Shown piece after piece: positions 50,586 through 62,689 of a DNA stretch of 64,000 bases; within the stretch, counting starts at the first letter, position 1; every line of letters begins with the position of its first letter. This DNA is from Mobula hypostoma (lineage: Eukaryota). The notes under the pieces are model-generated. The model had not been told where the DNA came from, did not search any database, and saw nothing but the letters and a program-made list of their open reading frames with translations. The translations under genes and the position numbers were made by a program. The DNA lies in assembly GCF_963921235.1 (NCBI RefSeq), contig NC_086108.1, forward strand, positions 104,038,001-104,102,000, given 5' to 3'.

Positions 50586-50665
50586 CAGGGTTTCCCAACC
50601 TTTTTGATGCCATGGAGCCTTACTATTAATGAAAGAGTGCATGGACCACAGGTTGGGAACCCCTG
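50586..50665. mobile_element. 80-bp hAT mini-MITE
   Basis: TIRs CAGGGTTTCCCAACC / GGTTGGGAACCCCTG; TSD AGCCCCAG / AGTCCCAG (7/8). Confidence 0.8.
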
Positions 50666-50716
50666 AGTCCCAGGAAGTCATAATTTGCTTCTGTTATGGA
50701 AGGAAAATATAATTTA

Positions 50717-51397
50717 ATTAGATTATTAGATTAGATTAAGAGGACACTCAGTCCTCGTTTATTGTCATTTAGAAATGCATGCATTAAAAAATGATACAAT
50801 GTTCCTCCAGAAAGATATCACAGAAACACGGGACAAACCAAGACTAAAACTGACAAAACCACATAATTAGAACATATAGTTACAACAGTGCAAAACAATA
50901 CCGTAACTTGATAAAGAGTAGACCATGGGCACGGTAAAAAAAGTCTCAAGCCCCGATAGTCCCATCATCTCATGCAGACGGTAGAAGGGAGAAACTCTCC
51001 CTGCCTTGAGCTTCCAGCGCCGCAAGCTTGCCGATGCAGCATCCTGGAAGCACCCAACCACAGTCTGACTCTGAGTCCGTCCGAAAACTTCGAGCCTCCG
51101 ACCAGCCCTCCGACACCGAGCACCGAGCACCATCTCTGCCGAGCGCTTTGACCCCGCCCCGGCCGCCGAGCAACAAGCAAAGCCGAGGACTCGGGGCCTT
51201 CCCCTCCGGAGATTCTGGATCACACAGTAGCAGCGGCAGCGAAGCGGGCATTTCAGAAGTTTCACAGATGTTCCTCCATACTCTCACGTTTGTCTCCATC
51301 AAATCAGGATTGTGCACGACACCCTACTTGACAGGTAACAGATATCTCCTCTGGAGCAGCCGCTGCGCGCTGTGTCGCACCGCCATCTTCTTCTCCT
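50717..51397 (-). repeat. Young CpG-rich non-autonomous retroelement-like repeat
   Basis: Minus strand begins GGAGAAGAAGATGGCGGTGCG, has a GC/CpG-rich body and ends AATAAACGAGG...(TAATC)n; no credible protein. Confidence 0.55.
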
Positions 51398-52699
51398 CTG
51401 AGTGTTGACTGACAATACTCTTTAGAGAATTTTATTGATCTACTTATTGGCACTGCTTCTCAATGAGATGTGATTTTAAACACTGTTTATTCCCCTCCAC
51501 AGATGCGGCTTGACCTGCTGTGTTCCTCCAGCAATTTGTGTATGAATTTCCAGCATTTGCAGAATCTCTTGTGTTTATGATTTTAAACTCTGCAGTGGAG
51601 TTCAGCACATTTCAAATTCAAAAGGTCAAAGTAAGTTTGTCTATGGACGTACATGTTACCACATACTGCTTCGAGATTTATTTTTTAAACAGTCATTTAC
51701 AGGAAAATTAGGAAATACAACAGAATTTATGAAAAACTATGCATAAACCAAAGGCTGACCTGAAACATTGGCTGTTTATTTCTCTCCTTAGATACTGTCT
51801 GACCTGATGAGTTCATTCTGAAATTTGTATGCATTGCTCTGGATTTTCAGCATCTGCAGAATCTCTTGTGTTTATGACTGACAAAAGAAAATGTGCAAAA
51901 GAAGACAAATTGTGTAAACAAAACAAATTAATGCTGAGAATGAGTTGTAAAGAGTGCTTGGAAGTGAGTCTAGAGACTGTAGAATGAAATTCCTTCATTT
52001 CAATTCCTTGCAGTGAGGTATTGTGAGAGAGACATGATATTTTTGCTTCATCTGCCTGTACACACAGAGCTAAGGGATCCCATAAGCTTTTTATAGGAGG
52101 GCTGTGAGTTCTTCTGGGCTTATGGTTAACATTCCTGCCCGAGTCAGCAGTAACAGAAAGCAGATGATTCAGTTAGGAAGCTAGCTATTGTTTGCAACTT
52201 GGACATCTCATTTGTTACCATAACAAATAGGACTGATGTCAAAAGCACTTCATTAATGATATGTTACCTTGGGAGACTTTGACACTTAGTTCAAAGTTCA
52301 AAGTAAATTTTTTTTTATCAAAGTACAGTACATATATGTCACCTGAGAGTCATTTTCTTATGGGCATTCACAATAAATATGAAGAAACACAACTGGAGGT
52401 CGTTTTTTGCATGTTGGGTGTTTGATGTTTTCTTGAATCAGTTCCATGGTATTTCTTTATTTTGGGGCTGCCTGAGGGAGGACAAATCTCAGAGTTGTGT
52501 TCTGTATACTTACTTTGATAACAAGTGTACTTTGACAAAAGAATATGGACAAGCAACTTTGGAAATCTATGTAAAGTTGATTTTTCACTCGTTTTTTAAA
52601 CTATGATTTCACTTTGCAGGAATGTAGAGAGAATGAACAAGTGTAACGTTCAACTTCAGGATGTCCCAGTCAGTTCCGGTTAATTTGATTTCTCCATTG

Positions 52700-52900
52700 T
52701 TCCACAGCCAAATACTCAGCTGGTTTCCACAAACAGTCATTGCTACAAAATGATCGATTAATCTGCTTTTGTTGGTAATGGTTAGGGTATAAACATTGCA
52801 AGGTTGCGGGATGGTTTCTCTAATTTCCTTTAGAATCTGCCACAGGATCCTTTCTGTTCCCTCACACGATGGTCAAATCAAAGCCTCGGCTCCAAGGTAA
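52700..52900 (-). repeat. Ancient Deu-domain SINE (SacSINE1/AmnSINE1-like) relic
   Basis: GGGTATAAACATTG...TGCCACAGGATCCTTT...GCCTCGG resembles the reverse Deu-SINE core (from memory); similar relic at ~43395-43510 (+). Confidence 0.4.
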
Positions 52901-54464
52901 AGTGTCATCTGGGGTGACGTGCTCAGACCCTGAATGTATCCATAACAGCAACAAGCAACCTGTGTGTTGAGGGGCAGTTGTGTGTGTTGGAATTGTCAAC
53001 AATTTGGGTTGAAACCCTGCATAAGATAGAAGCAAGAAATTTCTTAACTTTTAGACAATCCCAGAAAAAAGATTAGCTTTATTTATCACATAAATATCAA
53101 TGTGATAAGTGTTGCTTGTGTCAAATCAAATCAGTGGGAGATGTGCTCGACGGCCTGGAAGTGTCACCACGCTTCAGGTGCCAATGCAATATGACTACAG
53201 TGCACTACTCCTAACTCATATGGCTTTGGAGTGTTGGAGTAAACCGGAGCCTCTGGGGGAAACGCAGGTGGTCAAGGGACAAGGGTGACAGATTGCCGTG
53301 GGAGTTGACCCCAATTGGTGATTGATGATGCCGCAATAGCGTAATGCTAACCACTAAAAGCAGTGAACAAATATCAGATATACATGAAAAGTAAAACCAG
53401 ATCAGAGACAGGTGAGGTCAGAGTTGGAGGCCTCATGTTCGGGGCCCCGTCTTTGGCTAATCCAGGGTTCGAGGCCTGGGGATTGGCAGGCCCTGTGGTC
53501 AATGCCGAGGATTGAAGCCCAACCCTTGAATTTGAACTCCGGAGGCTGAGGCCCATTGGCCAGAGCCTTGGGTCTGTGAATCCCTGTGAGTTCACTGGGG
53601 TAGTCGAAGGCCCAAAATCTGTGCGTCCAAAGTCCGTATCTGAGTCTGCTGGTGGTGAGAGGCCAAAGAAGATGGCCTGTCTTGGGGGTTAGAGGACTGT
53701 GTATGGACCTGGACGGCAGGGAGGAAAGGGGCTTGTTTCACTGTTATTGTTTGGTTGCTTGTTGTGCTCCGTGTTGTTCTGACGAGCATTGTGGGGATGC
53801 TATGTTGCTGCTGGAATGTGAGGTGACCATTGGTGTGTTGGGGGCAGCCAGCAAATGAAGCATTTCACTCTATGCTCTGATGTAACATGATAAATAAACT
53901 CTAATGTTAACTCTGCCGTGGATTGTCCCAAAAGGAGGAGGGTTAGCCATGGGGCCAGCAACCCTACCACGTAAAAACACAGAGCTACAGAAATGGCCAT
54001 CGAAGCTCCAAAGACCTCATTCATTGGAGAGGAAATCTTCACCTGGAAATGTATGAATTCATGTGTTGAAAGAGGAAGCCACAGGGCTGATCAATCCTCA
54101 GCCCTGGACTGGGGACTCTGGCAAGCTGCGTCAGCGGCCAATGCCCCAATAGGAGTGATGGGCTTAAGAAGAAGAAGAAATTTGTATTCTAAAGAGAAAG
54201 GCAGATTTTGGAGAGCAATGGATTGAAGTTACACCACATAACTTGGGCTTGACCTCTCACCATCTTTAAGTACACGGAATAGTTAAAAGTTGTGGCCCTT
54301 GATATAACCTGAAACAGATTAAACCATAGACACAGAGATCATGCAATTTACTCTGTGAATCTGGTTAATGATGTTTAGCAGGTCATCTTGAACTTGTCAG
54401 CTGGAAATGAAACACAGCTGTGAAGGAACAGAGCCCTCATGTGGTAATCAGACTATAAGACATA

Positions 54465-55447
54465 CTCTCAGTGGCCACTTTATTAGGTACAGGAGGCACC
54501 TACTGTATGTTTGTGGTCTTCTGCTGCTGTAGCCCATCTACTTCAAGGTTCAATGTATTGTGCATTCATAGATGCTCTTCTGCACACCACTGTTGTAACG
54601 TGTGGCTATCTGAGTTAATGTCGCCTTCCTGTCAGCTTGAACCAGTCTGGCCATTCTCCTCTGACCTCTCTCATTAACAAGGTATTTTCATCCACAGATC
54701 TGCTGGTCACTGGATTTTTTTTTGTTATTCACACCATTCTTGTAAACCCTAGAGACTGTTGTGCATGAAAATCCAAGGTGAGCAGCGACTTCTGAGATAC
54801 TCAAACCACCCCATCTGGCAGCAAAAATCATTACATTTCTTAGATCACATTTCTTCCCGATTCTGGTGTTTGGTCTGAACGACAACTGAACCTCTTGACC
54901 ATGTCTGCATCCATTTATCCATTGAGGTGTTCCATGTGATTATACAAGATCATGCTCTCTCCTCACTGCTGCCATCTGGAAGAGGGTACAGGAGCCTCAG
55001 GACTCACGCTGCCAGGTTCAGGAACAGTTATTGCCCCTCAACCACCAGGCTCTTGAACCAAAGGGGATAACTTCATTTGACCTATCATTGAAATGTTCCC
55101 ACAACCTCTGGACTCATTTTCAGGGATTCTTTCATCTCATGTTCTTGATATTTATTGCTTATTTATTATTATTATTTCTTTCTTTTTGTATTTGCACAGT
55201 TCATTGTCTTTTGCACACTGGTTCAACATCCAAGTTGGTGTGGTCTTTCATTGATTCTGTTATAACTATTATTCTATGATGGATTTATTGAGTATGCCTG
55301 GAAGAAAATGAACCTCAGGATTGTATATGTTGATATGTATGTACTCTGGCAATAAATTTATTTTGAACTTTGAATGTAATTGGCTGATTAGATACTTGGA
55401 TTAATAAGGAGGAGTTCCGGTGTACCTAATAAAATGGCCACTGAGTG
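54465..55447 (-). mobile_element. Non-autonomous Tc1-like element with nested Rex1-type 3' fragment (~54945-55372)
   Basis: TIRs C(T/A)CTCAGTGGCCA(C/T)TTTATTAGGTAC at both ends, each flanked by TA; HTH remnant GKKCDL...GLSISEVAAHLGFSCTTVSRVY. Confidence 0.85.
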
Positions 55448-56598
55448 TATGTGTGATAACATGAGAAATTAGTGTTGCTACCAGAAGCTAAGAGATTGAA
55501 ATAACGTTTGGAATTTAAAAAAAAAACAATAAAAACAAACAAAAGAATTTCATTTACCTCATTCCATTTGCACTTTAGAACTAATGACCGTCTTGAAATA
55601 GTTAATATTTTTACTTTTTGAAATAGTTACTGTTACCTTGTCAAAAATGCACGATGATATGAATAATTCCCATAAACTGATGAGCTACAAATGAGATCAT
55701 ACCTCCTAATTGTTCAAATATAAATATAGAATTTCTGTGGTTTCCTGTGGGTGTACAGATTTTGCGGCACTAGAAAGAATAGACAAGGCATATTAGGTGA
55801 TTGTTAATTAGCTTATTATTGTCAAATTCAAGATTCAAGATTGTTTGTTGTCATTCTTCAGTACCATTGTAAAGGAGAACAAAATGACAGTTCAAATTCC
55901 AGTTTATTGTTATTCAACTGTACACATGTATACTGCCAAATGAAACAACTTTCCTCTGGACCAAAGTGCACAACACAGTACATATAACTCACACACAACA
56001 CAGAAAGCAATATTACCACAAAAAAATTAGCAAATAATAAAATATATTCCAGAAGGTTGACATTTAGCATAAGGTGCACTTGCGACACGAGTTGAAAGGT
56101 AAACAGTATAATGACACTGGCGGTTCATAAGTGCTGAGATCCGGCTGGTGTCGAGGAGTTCAGTAGTCTGACAGCCTGGGGGAAGAAGCTGTTTCCCATC
56201 CTGGTGCTACGGGGAGCGGGGGGCTTCCTCACCGGTACATCGTTCAGTTCATCAAACCGTGTGTAGGATTCTTCAGTACACAGGGGTAAAGGAAAACAAA
56301 ATGATTCTTACTCTGGATCTGATGTGCGTAACAAGAACATAAAAGGCATAAGGAACACAATAAATAAACAATAACACCACAATGAATATGATTATAAAAG
56401 CAATCCTATAAAACACACTGTTACATACTTTGACTGTATAAAATGACACTAGGTGATGTGTATGTAATAATAGTTGGGGGAGTGGGCTGGGTCAGTGGCT
56501 GGAGGTGTTGATCAACCTGGCAGCTTATGGGAGGTAACTGAGGTCGAGTGAGAAACCTTTGGTTATGTGCCACGTGGTTGCCTGTGTTGCTGCCTTAA

Positions 56599-57341
56599 AG
56601 GCTGATTTACACTTCTGTGTAGTAGCCTACACCGTAGCCTACACAAGTGGCCTATGCCATTGTGAGCATTTACACTAGTGTGTTGGTGTGTCTGCGTCGC
56701 TCTGCAATTCACCGCCAAAACGCGAGTTGGTGGTGGGGTTTCTATGCCACTGTGTTGAGTTTCTTCGTGTTGAAACTCAACACGAAGAAACTCAAACTTC
56801 AAACAATGGTGACTGAAACTGAAGGAGGGTAGATTTTCTGTGCTTGTTCAGCCACTGAGAGACATGGACGAGGAAATGCATTTCAAATATTTTCGGATGT
56901 CGGCAGGTAGATTTGACAATTTGGTTCATCGTCTCCAACCATCTATTTCACCTCAGTGTACGCACAGTATGCCCAGAGACTGGCAATCACCATTCGAGTT
57001 TTAGCTTCAGGTGGAAGTCAACAGGCTGTAGCAGCTAGCTACAAACTGGCATCAAGCACAGGGTCCTCCATAATTTCGGAAGTCTGTAAAGCTTTATGGA
57101 AAGCATTGCAGCCAGAGTTCCTTCCCTGCCCTTCAGTCGCCCAATGGGAAGCTATTGCAGCGTAGGAGGAGATGTGATGCTACCAAGCGGACCAATCACA
57201 GTTGTTGCGGTCTGCGTCACTGCGACGTGTAGTTACATTTTTGGGGAGGTGTGCGTCAGGCTATGGCGTAGGGTACGGCGTAGGGTACACGACTACACCG
57301 TACCTATGGCGTAGATTTGATGCAGAAGTATAAACTGGCCT
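56599..57341 (+). mobile_element. Internally deleted PIF/Harbinger transposon
   Basis: TIRs AGGCTGATTTACACTTCTG / CAGAAGTATAAACTGGCCT; TAA on both flanks; HARBI1-like N-terminus [15 protein letters not shown]...[12 protein letters not shown]...[10 protein letters not shown]. Confidence 0.85.
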
Positions 57342-57569
57342 TAAGTCAGTTTCTCATTGTGCATCATGTACACACACCTGTGTATGTGACAATAGACCTG
57401 ACTTTGACATTTCGTCACATCAGTACATTGAGGAAGTACAAGGAAAAAGCAGTAACAGAATGCAGAATACAGTGTTACAGCTCCAGAGGAAGTCTGGTTC
57501 AGGCAGACAATAAAGTGCAAGGCCACAATGAAGTAGATTGGGAGTTTCTGCCTTGCTACTCCGCGAGTT

Positions 57570-59340
57570 TCCATAAGACCATAAGACACAGGAACAGAAT
57601 TAGGCCATCCAGCCCATAAGTCTGTTCTGCCATTCCATCGTGGTGATCCCGGATCCCAGTCATTCCACACACCTGCTTTCTTGCCGTATCATTTGATGCC
57701 CTGATCAATCAGGGAACTATCAATTTTCGCTTTAAATATACCCATGGACTTAGCCTCCGCAGCTGCTTGTGGCAGAGCATTCCACAGATTCACTGCTCTC
57801 TGGTTAAAAATAATTCCTCCTTACCTCTATTCTAAAGGGTCGCCCCTCAACTTTGATGCTGTGCCCTCTGGTTCTGCATAACCTCACCATAAGAAACATC
57901 CTCTCCATATCCACCCTATCTAGTTCTTCAACGCTTGATAGGTTTCAATGTGATCCCCCGCATTCTTCTAAATTCCAGTGAGTACAGACCATAAGCTGCC
58001 AAATGCTCCTCATATATTAACCCCTTCATTCCCGGAATAATTCTTGTGAACCTCCTCTGGACTTTTTCCAATGACAACACAACCTTTCTGAGATATGGGG
58101 CCCAAAACTGTTAACAATACTCCAACTGCAGCCTGATTAGTGTCTTATTAAGGCTCAGCACTATCTCCTTGCTTTTATATTCTATCCTCATTGAAATAAA
58201 TGCCAATATTGCATTTGCATTCTTTACAACGGACTCAACCTGCAAATTAACCTAATGAGAGTCTTGCACAAGGACTCCAAAGACCCTTTGTACCCCTGAT
58301 GTTTGAATTTTCTCCCCATTTAGATAGTACTCTGCATTTCTGTTCCTTTTACATAAGAGCATAAGAACATATGAAATAGAAGCAGGAGTAGGCCATCTGG
58401 TCCATAGAGCCTGCTCTGTCATTCAATAAGATCATGGCTGATCTGGCCATGGACTGATCTCCACCTATCTGCCTTTTCCCCAAAACCCTTAACTCCCTTA
58501 CTATGCAACAATCTATCCAACCTTGTCTTAAATATATTTACTGAGATTGTCTCTGCTGCTTCATTGGGCAGAGAATTCCACAGATTCACCACTCTCTGGG
58601 AAAAGTTCCTCCTCATCTCCATCCTAAATCTACTTCCCTGAATCTTGAGGCTATGTCCCCTGGTTCTAGTCTGACTTACCAGTGGAAACAACTTTCCTGC
58701 CTCTACCTTATCTATCTCTCTCATAATTTTATATCTACATACTACTAAAATTCTCATGCTCTTTTTGTCTGTTTGTGACCTCCAATTAGCCCAAACGGTG
58801 CATTACAGCGATGCTTTTTTTTTGACTAAATCAACTTAAAATGTGCTAACTTACAGAATGCATGCAAAGTTCAGGGTTATATATCCATATAAAATTGCTC
58901 ACTCATCAATCAACAGTCCCCGCTTTCCACAACCCAAGCTGATCCACCCTTCATGGAAACCGTGACGCGACACCACAACGCATGCGCACAGCCAGCCTCA
59001 GCAGCGGCTCACGATGCTCACAACAGCGACACCAACCGCAGCGAAAAGCCGGGGCTATCATGTCCATTTAGGAGAGTGCCAACCACGTCATCAAGAAAAA
59101 TCAGCATCCTGGAGGCTTTGGTGTTACTGCTTCGTAGCTTCTATCAAGTATAAGGGTAAAAAAAAATGGACAGCCTAATTATGCCGCGTGGAAAGAGAAG
59201 GGGGACATTATGGTCAAGACTGCACTACCTTTCTCTGAAAGGGTGCCCCAACGGGTCACCGGGTTGTCTAGTGTTTGTGTAAGATCTCCTCTCATTCGTC
59301 TGAATTCCAGCGAGCACAGTCTCAGGTGACTCAATCTCTC
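57570..59340 (-). mobile_element. Two stacked CR1 3' fragments; the second is interrupted by a Helitron
   Basis: (TCTTATG)n-type tails at ~57572 and ~58351; RRNFSQRVVNLWNSLP (58419..58757 -). Confidence 0.75.
58734..59271 (+). mobile_element. Non-autonomous Helitron (538 bp)
   Basis: 5'-TC start, 3'-CTAG end, inserted between host A and T with no TSD; hairpin GGTGCCCC-AAC-GGGTCACC (59242-59260) ends 11 nt before the 3' end. Confidence 0.85.
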
Positions 59341-59745
59341 AACCTGTCTGTGGACTCACTTTTGTGAACTTCACGAACGCCATTTGCTTACTCTATTGTT
59401 TGCATGATTTCTTCTTTTCTCTCTGCACATTGGGTGTTTGATGGTTTTTTGGTACTGTTGGGTTTCTTTGTTCTGTGGCTGCCTGTAAGGAGACGAATCT
59501 CTAGGTTGTATATCATATAGATACTGTACTTTGATAATAAATGTACTTTGAACCTTGAACTTGAGTTTAAGGGTCCATATTATTGTACAAGATCAGAAAT
59601 CCCACCTCTCCCGGAAGTTCCGGGAGTCTCCCGCAAATTGATAGTGGCTCCCTGACACCCGGAAATTATATACAATATCCCGAAAATCTATTTTTTTGAG
59701 AGGGAGAGGGAGAACGGCATCCTGATTAGTCTCTCTTCGTGCTAA

Positions 59746-60538
59746 GAGTGGTCCCCAACCACTGGGCTCGGAGGAAATGATATGATTTGGCAATATGAGT
59801 CAACTGCACCTTTCCTCATTCCCTGTCACGCACTGTTGAATTTGAACGCAGATGAGGTCATTACGCACGTGTCATCCATGTCAGCGCGGGAAGATCAACT
59901 CCTCGAGCTTGCAAATGACGACGGGCTGAAAAGTATGTTTGACATAACATCTTTGCCGGCATTCTGGATCAAAGTCAAGGCTGAATATAGATAGCCACGA
60001 AAGCACTGAAAACATTGCTTCCATTTCCAACATCATATTGCTGCGAAGTGGAGTTTTCTGCATTGAATGCAACGAAAACTAAATCGTGGAATAGACTGGA
60101 CATAAGGAAGCCCCTTTGAGTCTCGCTGTCTCCCATCACCCCCGGTGGCGCCATCTTGTTGCAGGAAAACAAGCCCAGGGCTCCCACTGATTCAGCGATA
60201 TTGGTGTGTTGCAGTGATTTTATATGTTCATACGAGGAAAACATGCGCTGTATGTTTAATATCCAAACGTTACTTAAAATGTGATGATGCTATTGACTTA
60301 TAATTGACATCATTATATTCATGCGAGGAAAATATGTGGTGTGTTTAATATTAAATTCATTAGATAAACCCTTTTAGAAATGAAATTGAGTGTATTAGCC
60401 ACTTATAAGTGACTTATAGTTGACTTATCACCTATATTCCGGTCCTGATTAACACCCCCCGCCCCCGGATCAGCCGGTCTGCAAGAATATTGTCAATATT
60501 AAACTGGTCCGTGGTCCAAAAAAGGTTGGGGACCCCTG
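59746..60538 (+). mobile_element. Non-autonomous hAT (Buster/Charlie-like) with transposase C-terminal remnant
   Basis: TIRs AGTGGTCCCCAACC / GGTTGGGGACCCCTG; EDQLLELAND...SLPAFWIKVKAEY...LLPFPTSYCCE; TGCTAAG repeated at both junctions. Confidence 0.8.
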
Positions 60539-60778
60539 CTAAGTAGACCTATCAGTTTTCTCTGTGGGCGGGCTTTACAGTCGACCTCAAAAATAATGAC
60601 AGTGTTGCTCGCTGCACTGTTTGCAACAGTGACTTTTCTATTGCCCATGGCGGGTTAAAGTGTAAAAGACATGTTGAGGTGAGGTTAATAGGTGTCATTC
60701 GTTCATTAGCATAGCTAACGTTATTTAAACTAGCTGGCTGGCTGGCTGCTAAGGAGCTACGCTATTGATGTCCTACGT

Positions 60779-61579
60779 CAGGGGTCCCCAACCTTCTTTG
60801 CACCGCGGACCGGTTTAATATTGACAATATTCTTGTGGACCAGCCGACCGGCAGGATGGGGGGGGGGGGCACTGTTCAAGTAGGATTAAACTCACCTCAA
60901 CATGTCTTTTACAGTTCGGTTTGCCAACTTTCTCACTCCAAAATAAAGGACAAAAGTAGCAGTCAAATCCCAGGACACTTTACCCCAGGAAAGACTACCA
61001 TGACCATGAAGCCTTGCGTGGGCACCTGTGTGCGCATGCACGTACGTGCGCATCTGATGTGTGCATGTGCGTACGTGCCGATTTTTTCTCCCACTTGCCT
61101 TCATCTTCCCAACTATACTGTACATACATTATTTCTACTTTATATAGGCTGTGTATTTATCATATCATTCCTGCTTTTACTATATGTTAGTGTTATTTAT
61201 TTTCGGTTTTATGTGTTATTTGGTATGATTTGTTAGGTTATTTTTTGGGTCTGGGAACGCGCAAAAAATTTCCCATGTAAAGTAATGGTAATTACTTCTT
61301 CGCTTCACGCCATTTCGGCATGAGAGGTTTCACAGGAACACTCTACCTTAGCAGGGGAAATATGGGACAAGGGCGGTCCCGTATGGGACAAACCAATTTC
61401 GCCCAATATATGGGATGTCCCGGCAAATACGGGACAGTTGGCAACCCTATGTTCAAGTTCAACAGTGTGTGACAGGGAATGAGGAAAGGTGCAGCTGACT
61501 CATATCGTTTCCTCACGGCCCGGTAGCACATGCTTTGCGGCCCGGTACCAGTCCGCGGCCCGGTGGTTGGGGACCGCTG
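60779..61579 (-). mobile_element. Non-autonomous hAT of the same family, opposite orientation, interior replaced by a TAGGGTTGCCA MITE (~60916-61449)
   Basis: TIRs CAGGGGTCCCCAACC / GGTTGGGGACCGCTG; perfect 8-bp TSD TCCTACGT (60771-60778 and 61580-61587). Confidence 0.85.
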
Positions 61580-62142
61580 TCCTACGTGATGAGGCCAAAC
61601 TTCCTGTAGACTTGCTTAAAGTTGCAATAGAATAATCATGATAATATAATATAATATAAGTACGTATTTTAATGTCACATTTTCTGCATATACCCAATTT
61701 GGTTTACAGATTAGACAAAATCACTAAACAAAGGGTATCACCTGTACCCAGAATCTATTGACACAGTGACACCAATCCTGCCTGTGTATCTACAACTGAC
61801 TGGCAAGTAGGTTTTACTGGTGGTTCAGAGTGATTGTGTCTTGAGTTACCAGACATACAGACTAGAAATAGCCCAGGGCTTATCCTGCAATTTGTGCTAA
61901 ATTACCTGATCTTATTTCATCTGGAGATAGAGGAGGTCTAATTACACTGAATTTCCTTGGGTTAGGGAGGGGGTAATTGGTCCAGCTTTCCTGCTCTTTG
62001 TTATAATCCTTTGACCACTGCAAGTGGCTCGAGTATAAAAGTGCTTCCATTCTGATACAGGTTCTGTACATTAACTTTAAAACTAAAATCTTACATTGAG
62101 CAACCATTTTAAGTCAAAAAGAAATAAAGATAGAAGCTTGTC

Positions 62143-62245
62143 TAGCCCTGACGAAGGGTCTCGGCCCGAAACATCAACTCTTTATTCCTTTCGATAGATG
62201 CTGCCTGACCTGCTGAGTTCCTCCAGCATTGTGTGTGTTGCTTGT
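62143..62245 (+). ncRNA. Solo Penelope pLTR with hammerhead core
   Basis: CTGACGA (62148-62154)-AGGGTCTCGGCCC-GAAAC-ATC; stem I degenerate; followed by the GATGCTGCCTGACCTGCTG tail. Confidence 0.5.
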
Positions 62246-62689
62246 GGTCATTTGTTACCCTGCATGTATAACTTTTCATAGGGAGTTTTTTTGTCCCTCA
62301 GGGAAATCTATTCCTAGAGAATTTTGATTTTTTTCACTATTTCTTACCATTGTTTATCTAACAAACAGCTTTTTGTCTCTCCTACCTATGTAATTTTCCT
62401 TTTTTTTAAGCTTAGTACATGAGTTTCTTTCTGAATTGTGACTCTCTTGAAACTGAATACGTTCCACCACTCGGTTCATGAAAAGTAAGGAGCCTGAATT
62501 AATTGAGTGTAACACACACAAAATGCTGGAGGAATTCAGCAGGTCAGGCGGCATTTACGGAGAGGAAAAGACAGTCAATCAGTCAATGTTATGGGCGGTG
62601 ACCCTTCCTTATTCTTTTGTCTATACACTTCTCAGCATTAATTCCTCTTTTAGTGTTATTCGTCAGCTCCTTGTTTAGTTTGCTCGGTA

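Larger units (their letters stand above)
59594..61745 (+). mobile_element. Deleted hAT-like host element with BED-finger exon remnant, carrying nested hAT elements
   Basis: Left end CAGAAATCCCACCTCTCCCGGAAGTTCCGGGAG; DLKNNDSVARCTVCNSDFSIAHGGLKCKRHVE|GTGAG at ~60583-60678; right boundary uncertain. Confidence 0.55.

Noticed and set aside
56860..57165. HARBI1 host gene
   Set aside because: Only a frameshifted N-terminal piece inside Harbinger TIRs; no DDE core.
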